Source: Opitutales bacterium
Lineage (GTDB): Bacteria > Verrucomicrobiota > Verrucomicrobiia > Opitutales > UBA2987
DNA length: 64,000 nucleotides
NCBI GenBank assembly: GCA_965226885.1
Contig: CBDDEL010000015.1
Coordinates: 224,001 to 288,000 of the forward strand
Direction of reading: 5' to 3'
Part shown: in pieces, positions 19,914 through 31,600 of the stretch
How positions within the stretch are numbered: position 1 is the first letter of the stretch
How the letters are laid out: each line of letters starts with the position of its first letter
Program-made: the position numbers and the translations under genes
The notes under the pieces: model-generated
Databases searched by the model: none
Seen by the model: only the letters and a program-made list of their open reading frames with translations
Told to the model about the DNA's origin: nothing

Positions 19914-20025
19914 GATCGGATGCTAAGATAACTCGGGCCGGTTTTTCAAAGAGAAATCTCACTCATTGCCCGGCCGGCTGGAAACGGATTGCCTCCCGAA
20001 TCCGGTTTAAACTGGCAAAAATAAA

Positions 20026-20418
20026 TCAGGAAGGAATGAGCAATTCCCGAAAAGCCTCAATGGTGAGGGCGAATTCTATTTCAATCTGTTCGGCAATAGC
20101 GTCGAGATCGGCTAAGCTTCCATCATTGATGTTGTTTTCCAGCAATATGGAGAGCTTGGAAATCCTATTGCCGCCCATATTAGAACTGCTTCCGGCAACC
20201 GCATGGGCAAGTTTAGCCGCCTCAGCCCAGTCTCCTCTGGCAATTGCCGGGCGAATCCGTTCCACCCGCGCAGTGTTGTCCTGGCAATAAAGGTCGAGCA
20301 GTTCCTGCAATAGTTCCGGCTCGCACTCCAACGCCGTTTCCCGCAACATTTCCACCTGATTATTGTCTAGAAGGGGTTCATCGCTTTCAATGAAAGCCGC
20401 TGCCACAGATGTATTCAT
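20026..20418 (-). CDS. Stand-alone Hpt domain protein
   Basis: AHAVAGSSSNMG phospho-His motif in a helical acidic protein. Confidence 0.82.
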   Translation of the reverse strand: MNTSVAAAFIESDEPLLDNNQVEMLRETALECEPELLQELLDLYCQDNTARVERIRPAIARGDWAEAAKLAHAVAGSSSNMGGNRISKLSILLENNINDGSLADLDAIAEQIEIEFALTIEAFRELLIPS

Positions 20419-20614
20419 TTCTAAGAGACATCGTATTTTTCAGCACTAAATTAAGAATTATTGCCATTTATTAATGCCCCACAAAGCGCTTCAGGTTCGA
20501 CGGGACAGGCAAAACAAAGTCCTTGCATTTGCTTGAAATCGAGGGAAACCCTATTAATTTCGCAATAAAACCAATCCGTCTGCTCGATTCATTACAACTA
20601 GTGATTTGCCCGCA

Positions 20615-21052
20615 ATGAGTGATTCAGCCAAAAAAGAAGCGATAGATATTCTGCGTCTCACGAATCAGGATACGCTCAAGGCTCTGGAAATCATTGAGCG
20701 GCAGCTATTTGTCATTTATACGCGGGCCCAGGTGTTGGTCAGTCTGGCCGGGGTGGTAATAACCGTAACGGGTTTTTCGGGCCGCACAATTGCCGGCACA
20801 TCCCTGCCTGCCCAATTGCTCATCATCGGCGGCTTGGCAACGGTACTGGGCTGCGTCATCTGGATTTACATGAATGTGATGAAAATCAACTGGTCCACAT
20901 CGGCCTTGTGTGAGGATCCCGTGGATTGCCTGATGAATCTCATTGAGCGCCGAAACAAAAAAACCCAAGCTTATTTGGTGGGCGGACATATTTTCTTTAT
21001 CGCCCTCTACTGCATTTCGGTTTCCCTCATGCTGCTCAGTCCGGGAAATTGA
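20615..21052 (+). CDS. Hypothetical membrane protein
   Basis: About three hydrophobic segments. Converges on the AraC gene. Confidence 0.6.
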   Translation: MSDSAKKEAIDILRLTNQDTLKALEIIERQLFVIYTRAQVLVSLAGVVITVTGFSGRTIAGTSLPAQLLIIGGLATVLGCVIWIYMNVMKINWSTSALCEDPVDCLMNLIERRNKKTQAYLVGGHIFFIALYCISVSLMLLSPGN

Positions 21053-21090
21053 GAAATGACCCGTCCCCCCGAGTGGGGGAAAAATCAAAA

Positions 21091-21993
21091 TCAAACCGCC
21101 CGCAGTCTGGGGTGTATATCGTCCAGGCTTTTGCGAAACCCAGTCGGAGTGGCGCCGGTGATTCGCTTGAATGACCGGTTAAATTGGGAAAGCGACTCGA
21201 AACCGACATCGAATGCAACCTCACTGACTCGTTTGTTGGGGTTATAGAGGAGATTTTTGGCCTTCTCGACTCGGATGCGGGTGAGGTAATCGGTAAAAGT
21301 CATACGGGTTGATTTTTTGAACATTTTGCAAAAATAGTGGGCGCTTGTATTGACCGCCCGGGCAGCCCTGTCGAGGGTCAAGGTAGATTCGTAATTATCG
21401 AGTATGAACCGACGCGCTTTGGCCACCATTTCCGGTTCGGAATTTTTTTCTTTGACCATAATGGCATTGCTGATGGAGGCCAGATGCTGGGCAAAAGTCG
21501 CCAGCAGTTGCACAAAAGCTTCATACTGTTCCGGACTCAACACCTTGGTTTGGTAGTAGGCTTCCTCCAGACGCTTCAGGTTTATGCGTGTGCCGAGGGC
21601 GAGGATTTTGCGGGTAATTTTGCTGAAATGTTCGTCGTTCGGCTGATGCAGGAGCACTTGGCCGGTTTTTAAAAATGCGACCACATTTTCTCCCACCCTA
21701 ATGGGGACGGCGGAATCGCAAAGACCGGCAAAACATTTGAGGGTGCGCGGTTTGAAATTGGCCTCGCGCTCCAGTTTTTCCTGCACCCTGAGGCATTCGA
21801 GGCAGCTTTCATTGCTGTCCGCCATCAGGGAGCAGAACGGATTGGTGTTCTCCGACTGCAACCACTCAAGATTGAGAGAACCGGCGATACTCAAGGCCAG
21901 GGGCAAACCGGTGGCAGTGGAATAGGCCTTTTTATAATCGCGATAGATGGCGGTACGTGAAAGTTTTCGCGAAAATTCACGCTTTTGCGTCAA
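21091..21993 (-). CDS. AraC-family regulator with PocR sensory domain
   Basis: N-terminal NPFC...C...CFAGL..SAVPI (PocR). C-terminal YFCKMFKK...VGFESLSQFNRSFK (AraC HTH). Confidence 0.92.
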   Translation of the reverse strand: MTQKREFSRKLSRTAIYRDYKKAYSTATGLPLALSIAGSLNLEWLQSENTNPFCSLMADSNESCLECLRVQEKLEREANFKPRTLKCFAGLCDSAVPIRVGENVVAFLKTGQVLLHQPNDEHFSKITRKILALGTRINLKRLEEAYYQTKVLSPEQYEAFVQLLATFAQHLASISNAIMVKEKNSEPEMVAKARRFILDNYESTLTLDRAARAVNTSAHYFCKMFKKSTRMTFTDYLTRIRVEKAKNLLYNPNKRVSEVAFDVGFESLSQFNRSFKRITGATPTGFRKSLDDIHPRLRAV

Positions 21994-22185
21994 ATGATTC
22001 TACGTGCCTAGTATTGGCTTCCACAACAAATATCCAGTCCTGAACTTTAATTATGGCAGGAATTCCGCTAAGTCAAAGGAATCAGTCACATTCTAGAAGA
22101 ATTTATACACTTAAGAAACAAAAATTGACCGGATAAAGAGAATTTTTGCTGAGTTTTTTATCCCGAAATTAGCGATAATAAGGAT

Positions 22186-22688
22186 ATGAACGGGCAGCTT
22201 GTGGATTTTTTGCTGTGAAAGAGGAAAAGATTTTGGACGACTGGAAGACGGAACTGGAATTGGCCCCGCCCTGTGATATTTTCACCCATTGAGAACTTTC
22301 ATATGAAAACCTGGCCGAGCTTTTTGAAAATGTCCTCAATCTTATGAATATAAAATCGGAGGGGCCCGCGAACCATCCAGGCCTACACCATTACATGGAT
22401 TTTACCTTCACTTTCTCCCCGCAAAGATCCGCTTGCGTGGAACTTCAGCAGGCCGAGCAAACGGCATTTTTCAGAGCGCTCAACGAAAGCGGCGTCCCGC
22501 GGTTCGCATTTACCCAAAATCAATTCAGGGCCTGCTCCACAATATTGCAAAACGCGCTGGCCATCGCCTTGCACAGAGAAATCGAAACGTGCAGCGAAGT
22601 GAGCGCCAAAGAATTTTGTCCCTTCAAACCGGGCGATGAATCCCCATACCAATTTCTCAGCTCAAAAGTCCATTTATTAAATAACTAA
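22186..22688 (+). pseudogene. Probable degraded gene divergent from the AraC regulator
   Basis: ATG at 22186, frameshift in the T-run 22206-22211, then a frame open into ORF 22344..22688 except for TGA at 22290. Confidence 0.4.
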
Positions 22689-22931
22689 CCTTTTTTAAAT
22701 AATTTTAAATAAATAATTTTCCTGGCGGCCCGTGGGAGAGCCGTGTAAAAGCCGGTCCCGGAACCTACCGGGGACGGCTTCTAATACAGGGTAATCCACC
22801 ATCAGTCCCGCAACGACATCCAGCCAGTAGTCAAAGTGGCAATTACTTCCACGGGCGCCAGGTAACTTTCTCTCAGACACTTTGGCAGGTCTATCCGATT
22901 TTAATATCGAATCCAGGTTGAGCGGAGTGAG

Positions 22932-24485
22932 TTACTTGGGTTGTGGATAGCGGAGAAGGACGGGGATATCGCTCAGTCGGCTGACCAGACGAAAAGTCCC
23001 GCTACGCGTATCGCGATACAAATAGGGCGCCCAGTATCCGATGTCCTCCCGGCGCCACCATTGGCCCGTTTCTTTTTTCTCCGAAAGGATTGTAAAAGAA
23101 TACCTGTACAATTTAAACCGAATGATTTGCGGTGGAGATTCCGGGAATGGATTGTGGGCGAACAACGCCGTAACGTCGGCTTCTCCCTCAATCAGCCTGG
23201 CCCCGGCCAAAAGAACGAACCGGTGCCGCTCATTGCCATAGACGCCTAACTGGGCAAACCAGAGATTCCAATCGAAACGCGGCAGGTGCGGCGCCATGAA
23301 ACGCGGCGCGATGCCGGTATCCTGGGCCTGCCATTTGAAGCGGTAAGTTTTCCAACTCAAGCCCCCGTCATTGGAACCCTCATATTCAATATGGTGGCGG
23401 TGGTGAGTCATACTGCCGAAAAGAGCGTAGCGATTGGCCGATCGAAAATTTCCCAGCAAAACCAGCGGCTGCCGGGTAAAGGCGGGAAGGGAATTGACCG
23501 GAACCCGCATGACGGCCAGAAAAATGTATAAGCCGATATAAAAAAAGGGGAGCAGCACAACGGAAGCGGTAACTTTTCGCCACCAGGCAGCGGCAGCCGG
23601 TGAAACGCCGGTTTTCCTTTCAGGCAAAAAAGGCAAGATTTTTCGAATCGCCCTGTCGTCCAAAAGCAGCATTGCCAGGGCAATGGAATTGTAATTGAGA
23701 AATGTATAATTGCCGGTCAGGAGAATTCCGAGGTTCATTCCGCCCCACAACAAACACAACAAGATGCGCCCCTTGCGCCCGAGGAAAAATAAAAATGGAC
23801 CTACCACTTCGACATAGAGAGTGGCCCCCGTCATGCCGGAATGAACCCAATCGGGAAGGTGCTGGGCATACCAGCCCAGCCAGGTCGGGAAAGGACAGTT
23901 CACATAGTAATCTTGAAGGGCGGAAAAGGTTTTCCAGGCCTCGTCGCCCCCCATGCTCTTGGCTATCCCCGGCTCAAAAATCAAACGAAAGCAGAGCCAC
24001 CAGAACAACAGCCTGACCACCACTGAGGACGGCGTCCGCTCCCCCAAACCTGGCCGCAGTCCTCGCGGTGCCAAGAAAACGGCCAGGAGGACCGTCTCCA
24101 GCATGAGACCATCGGATTGGAATCCAGAGAAATTGCGCGCCGCCGAGACAAATGATAGATAAAAAATCCAACAGAATACGAGGGCGGCGCGAGGCCACGC
24201 ATTCAATAGGAGCAATAACCCGGCAATCATGCCGCCATAGCAAATGAGGTTGAGCCCGGCAGCGCCTGCGTCGCACCACAATAAGGTTGGCGCCGACAGG
24301 AAGGCCTTCCACGAGGGCATTTGGCTGGCCAGGGCATTCAGGTAATCCTCTGCCGGCAGAATACCGCGCGGCCCGATGAGCCCGTATATCTGGGTGGAAA
24401 GCGAGAGGAAGGAAGCCAGAAAGCCAATCCCCAGAATTCGTAGAAAAATCCAGCGAGACCAAAAAAAGGTCTCATCCTTGCCCAT
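22932..24485 (-). CDS. Lipase maturation factor (LMF1)-family membrane protein
   Basis: GLIGPRGILPA, F.GFQSDGLMLE, TGNYTFLN, N.Y.LF..MT and APHLPRFDWNLWFA motifs. ATG overlaps the sulfotransferase stop (TGATG). Confidence 0.9.
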   Translation of the reverse strand: MGKDETFFWSRWIFLRILGIGFLASFLSLSTQIYGLIGPRGILPAEDYLNALASQMPSWKAFLSAPTLLWCDAGAAGLNLICYGGMIAGLLLLLNAWPRAALVFCWIFYLSFVSAARNFSGFQSDGLMLETVLLAVFLAPRGLRPGLGERTPSSVVVRLLFWWLCFRLIFEPGIAKSMGGDEAWKTFSALQDYYVNCPFPTWLGWYAQHLPDWVHSGMTGATLYVEVVGPFLFFLGRKGRILLCLLWGGMNLGILLTGNYTFLNYNSIALAMLLLDDRAIRKILPFLPERKTGVSPAAAAWWRKVTASVVLLPFFYIGLYIFLAVMRVPVNSLPAFTRQPLVLLGNFRSANRYALFGSMTHHRHHIEYEGSNDGGLSWKTYRFKWQAQDTGIAPRFMAPHLPRFDWNLWFAQLGVYGNERHRFVLLAGARLIEGEADVTALFAHNPFPESPPQIIRFKLYRYSFTILSEKKETGQWWRREDIGYWAPYLYRDTRSGTFRLVSRLSDIPVLLRYPQPK

Positions 24486-25594
24486 CAACAAATAGATATT
24501 TCGGCAGGAATATTGTAGTTCCAATAATCGAGGGCGAAACCCCATTGATCTTTTATTCTTTCCACTTGGCGTGGCGTCAAGCGATAGACGTTGCGGCGGT
24601 AGTTTCTCTGTCCATGGATATAAGCCTCTATCCCCTTGAAGGCTTCCCGGCGCTCGGAAAGTCCATGGAAATCATATATTTTCTCGATCTCCCGCATTGG
24701 ATTCCGCTCGATTTCCTCATAGCTTACTTCGATCAGGTCCTCCGCCGGTAGTGTGGGTAGTTCCTGCAAATACCGTTCCATGAGAAGACGGTAATTTTCG
24801 AGGGTGATGGTTTCAAAATCGAGATGCTCGTAAGTCTGCCAAGCGAAGGCGGGCATGGTTTGCTCGTAATGCTTCACAGTGGAACAAAAGACATTGTAGG
24901 GGTTGCGAACTATATGAATGAAGCGGGCGTTGGGGAAAACGGTTTTCAGCCACCGGGCGCGGGTGGTGGAAGCGGGATTCTTGAGCAAGAGCCGTTTCCC
25001 CTCATTGGCCAGCGTCAGTTTCCGCAACAGGTAGAGGTAAGCGCTCGCAAAACGCTCCAGTTCACCTTCCTCCAATCCGTCGAGCAGAACCGAGCGGCGG
25101 TAGTGCTGTTGTAATTTTTCCGGAAAATAATAACAATTGTAGTAGCACAGCGGGTTCATATTGCCCAACGCCATCTCCTCTTCCTGGGGCGAGTCCAGGG
25201 TTAGGGAAACGTTATCCATGCCGCGCGTTTCCGGCAAGATCCTTTCGATTATGGGTGGAGCGATTTTCAATTTACCCAAAAAATCCAGCGGCATGGCTGT
25301 CTGCAGAAAGGAAATCCAGGCAAACTGGGGGTCGCGGCTTAAAAGGTTGTGCAAATGGGTGGTTCCGCTGCGCCAATGCCCCAGTATGAAGATGGGTTCT
25401 TTTTCCAGCACCGTGGCATTGATGCGGGAACGATAAAGCAAATGCTCAATCTGGTAAAATGAGAATCGGGCCATAATGGCTAGTAGCCCGATGGCTTGCG
25501 GGAGTAGCGCGGGCCCCTGAAATGCGCGGTGTTCCCGCAGGAGTTCCAGATAGGTCGTAAGATTGCTTCCGGCGAGCGGGTGCAAGAGTCTCAT
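24485..25594 (-). CDS. PAPS-dependent sulfotransferase
   Basis: 5'-PSB loop PIFILGHWRSGTTHLHNLL, LLKNP, 3'-PB FIHIVRNP....S, and V.YE. Confidence 0.92.
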   Translation of the reverse strand: MRLLHPLAGSNLTTYLELLREHRAFQGPALLPQAIGLLAIMARFSFYQIEHLLYRSRINATVLEKEPIFILGHWRSGTTHLHNLLSRDPQFAWISFLQTAMPLDFLGKLKIAPPIIERILPETRGMDNVSLTLDSPQEEEMALGNMNPLCYYNCYYFPEKLQQHYRRSVLLDGLEEGELERFASAYLYLLRKLTLANEGKRLLLKNPASTTRARWLKTVFPNARFIHIVRNPYNVFCSTVKHYEQTMPAFAWQTYEHLDFETITLENYRLLMERYLQELPTLPAEDLIEVSYEEIERNPMREIEKIYDFHGLSERREAFKGIEAYIHGQRNYRRNVYRLTPRQVERIKDQWGFALDYWNYNIPAEISIC

Positions 25595-25624
25595 GCCACT
25601 AGCCCGATGAAGGAGGGGTAATAG

Positions 25625-28600
25625 TTATACCCCATGCAGGGGATCGCTTATGGTCGGGTCGGAGGATGTCGTTTCTTTAAAACGCTCTATGGACTCCGGC
25701 GAGATGAAATAACCCTCACATTGAGGCCGGGCCGATTCGAGGTCCAGAGTATGCAGCAATTTGTAGTGGGCCAGAGAGTCTTCCAATTTGACCGGGCCAA
25801 GGGTAGGCCGGATGTCCGGCTTGCGCCCAGTGAGAAGGCTGGATAAAATACAACCGGTCATCTCACGAGGATCCCTCCCCACCAGGCTTAACAATCGGTT
25901 GCCTCCCAGTTCCTCGATTCTTTCGACCGCGCCGCTGGGCAGAAAAATGGTTTCTTTCACTTCTTTCTGCAGGCGGATGAGGCCACCGGTGGTAAAGAGT
26001 ATGTCGTGCTCGGATTCGATTCGCTGAATGGCGTCGAGGGTGTGGAAGCAGGGAGGAAAGGAATCGTCCACGATAAGCGTTCCGGGCCGCAGGCGGTTGA
26101 CGTCAAGGATGCCGGGAACATTGGTCGCTCCTAGAATAAAGGAGGCCCTGTAAACAGCATCCGGCAATCGGCCGCGGGTCGGTTCCAGCTTGATTTTGCC
26201 ATCGAAACCCAATTCCTCCACCAACTTGCGGCGGATGCCTTCAAGGGAGTCGATTTTCTGGTAAAGATCGCACAGGATGAATTCCTTGGGGTGAGGCAGC
26301 ACTTCGAGCATCAGCCGCATGGTTGCATAGCCGATGGATCCCAGCCCGACAATTGCCACAGATTCCTCCTCCAGGCTGCGTTCGGCCAGTGTCAACAATC
26401 CCTCCATGGATTTGATAATGGTGGCAGTTGTTGTGGCGTGCCCTGTTGTAATGATGGGCAGATCGGTACGGCCGTCGATTAAATCGGTCACTTGCAACCC
26501 GTAGTTGGTGGCCGAGGGGATCAGACCGGTCAGGGACACTTTCTTTGCCCCCATGTTCTTGGCGATTTCCAGCGATTGCATGATTTGATCGCCCAGAAGA
26601 GTCTGGTTTTTATAAAGCTCGGAACCGAGCCGAGGCAGCATGACAAGCCCGATGCGGCCATAGGGAGTTTCATAAATATTGCTGATAAAGGACCTGTCGT
26701 GCAGCCAGTTATGGGCAATATCGTCTTTGCTCAATCCGGTCAGGGGAAGAAAGGCGTCGGGTATATAAGCGAGGGCGACGGCATCAACCTGGGGCAATGA
26801 ATCGCGGTCGCCGTTAAAGCCTTCGACCACCTCCAGATTGAGGTATTCGGAATTGGCAATCTCTTCGGCCATATTATCCATATAACTGCCGTTGCCGTTG
26901 AAAGCGGAACCGGCGGCGATTTCACGATCATCTGGAATGGTGTCGAGATAACGGGCCAGGTACTCGACGGTGGGGTTGCGCAAGAATACTTCGACTGGAA
27001 ATTGCCGGTTAAAAACCTGCGAGATTTCGGTCAGCAACTGCAGGGCAAGCAGTGAATCACCTCCCAAATCGAAGAAATTGTCAGTGATGCCGACCTCTTC
27101 GCTGGAAAATGCCTTGTTGAGGATATCGACCAAGATTTTTTCGGTCGGAGTTTGCGGAGCGGTATATGCGGCCTGCAACTCGACTCTAACGATTTGCGGG
27201 GCGGGCAGGGCCAGGCGGTCGATCTTCTTGTTCGCGGTAAGGGGAAAATTGTCCAGCAGGACATAAGCGGCCGGACGCATGTAATCGGGCAACAGTTCCG
27301 TGAGATGGCTGCGCAGCTCGGAGGTCAAGCCCTCGGATGGGTCGTTGGCAATGATGTAGGCGACCAAACTGTCGCCGCCCGGCATATCGCCTCTTTTGAC
27401 GACCACTGCTTGGTCCACCTTGCTATGGGAACGCAGGTGTGTCTCGATATCCTCCAGTTCGATGCGATACCCGCGCAATTTGATCTGGGTGTCGCCGCGC
27501 CCCAGAAAATCGATTTTTCCATCGGGCAGGAAGCGGGCTAAATCTCCCGTCTGGTAAACGCGTTCCTTTTTGCCATTGGGCAGTTGCAGTTCGATAAATT
27601 TTTCCGCCGTCAAATCGGGCTGGTTGTGATAACCGCGAGCCAGCCCATTGCCGCCAATATAGAGGTTGCCCGTGAAGCCGGGCGGCAGGGCGTTGTGATT
27701 GTCGTCCAGAATGTAAATCGTGGTGTTGGCGATGGGCCGGCCAATGGGCACGCTACCGGGCTGCGAATCCACCTTATCGACGGTGGACCAGATGGTCGTT
27801 TCAGTCGGCCCGTAGAGGTTCCATACGGCACGGGTGCTGGGTAGCAGGGACTCTGCCAACTCGCGGGGCAAAGCCTCCCCGCCGCAGAATACGCGCAGGT
27901 CGTGCTTGCCGTTCCAACCGGAGTCCAAAAGCATCTGCCAAGTGGCCGGCGTGGCCTGCATGGTGGTGACCGCATATTCCTCCAGAAGCATGGAGAGGCG
28001 GCGGCCATCGGTGGCCTCCTCCCGCGTGGCGATAACGACCTGCGCTTCGGCCACGAGGGGTAAAAAGAGTTCTAGTACCGAAATGTCGAAAGAGAGGGTG
28101 GTGACGGCCAAAAGCGTGTCATCGGTAATCAGGCCGGGGGTTTCCCGCATGGAGGAAAGGAAGTTGACGACAGCGCGATGGGGAATTTCGACCCCTTTCG
28201 GTTGGCCGGTGGAACCCGAAGTATAAATGATATAAGCGAGCGAATCTGGGGAATTGGCGACAACCGGGCCTTTTCTGGCGGCACCCGTATTTTCCACCGC
28301 AAGGAGGCTCCATCCACCCTCCGGAAGGCTCTCCTGGAGATGGCCTTGGGTAACCACAACGGACGGATTGGCGTCTTCCAGCATTTGCCGGATGCGGTGC
28401 TGGGGAAAGGCTGGGTCGAGCGGCACATAACAACCGCCGGCCTTGAGGATGCCCAAGGCGGCGATCAGCATTTCGACGGATCGGTCCACGTACAAGCCCA
28501 CCGGGCAGTCCACATCGATTCCCTGCGAGCGCAATTTCAGGGCCAGGCCGTTGGCCCTGCGGTTGAGTTCGCCATAGGTGAGCGATTTGCCCGCGCTGGT

Positions 28601-31600
28601 TACGGCCGTGCGGTTGGGATTGTGTTCGGCGTGTTCCGTCACCAATTGGTGCAGGCATTTGTCCTCGGGGTATTCCAGTTCGGTATGATTCCATTCCTCG
28701 AGGATAATCTTTTCTTCGTCTCGAGACAAAAATGAAAGCTCGGAAATTTTCTTTTCCGGGTGCACCACCACTTCTTCCAGGATTTGCTTGTATAGCCCGT
28801 TCAGGCGGTCGATGGTGGCCGGCTCGAAGAGGTCGCGGTTGTACTGCCAGCAGCCATAGATATGCCCGCCAGCTTCTTCCACCACGAGGGAAATTTCAAA
28901 CTGGGCCTGGCGCAGGTTCAAATCAATCGATTCCACAGATATATCGCCGACTTTAAAGTTGTGCCCACCTTGTCCGATGAGGAATACGGCGATGCCTTGC
29001 TCGTCCACGCCGGGAATTCGTTCCATAGAAAAAGTTACCTGAAAAATGGGCGAGCGGCTTGGGTCCCGTTTAACTTTGAGAGCATCGACCAAATGGGAAA
29101 CGGGATGCTCCTGGTGCTCTATGGCGGCAACCACCGAATCGCTCATCTGGTTGAGGTATTCGTTAAAGGATGGGTCGTCCACTACCCTGCTGCGAATCGG
29201 AACCGGGTTGATGAAAAAGCCCACCACTTCATGAAATTCCTTTAAGCGGCGACCGGCGAAGGGGCTTCCCACAATCAAGTCGTCCTGGTTGCAATAGCGG
29301 TGTAGGAGCACTTGAAAGGCCGAGAGTAGAGTGGTGTAGAGAGTGACATTGTTCGATTTGGCCAGAGTATCCACCCTCCGCGAGAGGCGGTCATCCAGCT
29401 TGAACCCGTGAGTGGAGCCATTGAAAGACTGCACCGGCGGACGGGCATGGTCGGTAGGCAGATCGAGAACCAGAGGAGCCCCCTGCATCTGGTCCTTCCA
29501 ATACCTGAGCAATTTCTCCTTTTGGGGGCCCTTGAGAAGCGTTTGCTGCCAGTTCACGTAATCCGAATAACGATAGGGCAATTCCTCTAATTTGTGGGTG
29601 AGTCCCGATTTGAGAGCAAAATAACTTTCCATCAGGTCTTGCATGAGGAGCGCCACGCTCCAGGCATCGGAAACAATGTGGTGCATGGAGAGCAAGGTGA
29701 TGTGGGATTGATCGGCGGTGCGAAAGAGTTCCAGCCTGATCACGGGGCCCTTCTTCAAATCGAAGGGCTGGTTGGCGTGCTCGACCAGAAGCTCCTTGAT
29801 TTTTTCTTTGCTCAGGTGCGTGGTATCGTGCTCCCGAAAATCGATGGTCCGGTTTTTACGCAGGGTCTGCAGCGGCTGCCCGGTTTCATCGGAAAAAGTG
29901 ACGTCGAGCATCGGGTGCCGTTGAAAAAGAGCGGCAAAAGCCCTTTTCATGACCGAAATATCGACATAAGGGGTAATCTTGGAGCTGAAAATCAGGTTGT
30001 AAGCCGGACTGTGGGGGGCCAGTCGATTGAGGAACCAGAGGGCGCGCTGCCCCTCCGACAATGAAAAGACCGTCTCTTCCTCTTCCGACCGCTCCACGGT
30101 AGGCATCCCTGAGGATTCGGAGGTCTCGGTTTCATTTGTGGAATCTTCGCCCGCTTTTTGCAAAATGAGTTCTAGCACGGGAGTGGCCAGTTCGATGATA
30201 TTGGGGCCTTGCAGGAATTGCCCCATGGGCAGGTTGATACCCAGGTTGGTTTCCAGCCGGTTCATCAACTCGATGGCCATAAGTGAATCCAGCCCGATCT
30301 GGGTGAGGGGCGTATCGCGATCGATTTGGGCAGCGGTGGTGCCGAATACTTGTGCCACCTGTTCGCAAATATAATCGGCCACCATGGGCAAACGCTCGGC
30401 AGGGGTGGCAGCGATGACTTTGGGCCGGAAAGAATAGGCATCGCCGTAGGCTGAGTCGGCCTTTTTCTCCTTGTTCACCATTTTGGCATAAGTGAGCGAA
30501 CTTGCCGTTGCCGGATTGAGCCGGGCCAAACCCGTCCAATTAATCCTCGAGGCACCCAATTGAGCGGAGTTCTTGGGCAATACGCGGGCAAAAATGCTGA
30601 GGGCTTCACTGGGGGTAAAGCTTTCCAGGCCAAGCTTATCCAGATATTTGGCCACTTTTTCGTTGCGCGCGACATAACCGGCTTCGGAAAGGGCGCCCCA
30701 ATTCATGGCCAGAGCTGGCAGGCCGAGAGCTTTCCGATAGTTGGCGATAGCATCGAGAAAGAAATTGGCGGAAGCGTAATTTCCCTGTCCTGATCCACCA
30801 ATCATGGAGGATGCGGAGGAGAACAGGATAAAATGTTCGAGCGCCAAATCGAGGGTCAGGGTGTGTAAATTCCAGGCCCCGATCATTTTGGGTTCGAGGA
30901 CTTTGTTGAAGCGCTCCGGAGTCAATTGGATGATCCAGTCGTCATCCAGAACCATTGCCCCGTGGATGAGCCCGCGCAATGGCGGCATATCCGTTTCGAT
31001 TAGTTTGAGCACCCGGGCGATGTCTTCCTGGCGGGTCACATCGGCACTGACCACCTCTACTCTGACACCTTTGGCCTGCAATTCCGCAATGGTATCCCGG
31101 GCCAGGTCTGTGCTGGCCCCGCTGCGGCCCATGAGAACCAGGTTTTGCGCTCCGTATTCCACCATCCAGCGGGCCACTTCGAGGCAGAAACCGCCCAAAC
31201 CGCCAGTTATCAGGTAGGTGGCGTCGCCCCGGAACAGCCGGTCAGCCTGCAGGGACGGTCTCACTGGAATGGATTCCACTTGCATGGAGAGTACGTTTTT
31301 CCCGATATGTTTGGCCTGGGCCATATAGCGGAAGGCTTTTTCCGTCTCGCAAATGGAAAACGATTTCAAGGGCAACGGCCGCAGCTTCTTTTCATTAAAT
31401 AATTCGGCCAGTTCCGACAGCATCGAGGTAATAAAGTAGGGCCGATCTTTAAGAAATGAGGCTAGATCGATGGCGAAATAGGAGATATTGTCCTTGAAGG
31501 GTTCCAGGCCAATCTTGGTATTGGAATAAATGTCGATTTTACCAATTTCCAAAAACCTTCCATAGGGCGCCAGTACGGAAAAACTGCGTTGAATGAAATC

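Noticed and set aside
22054..22070. Second sigma54-like site TGGCAGGAATTCCGCT
   Set aside because: Correct GG-N10-GC spacing but a poor -12 half-site (CCGC). It could be chance.
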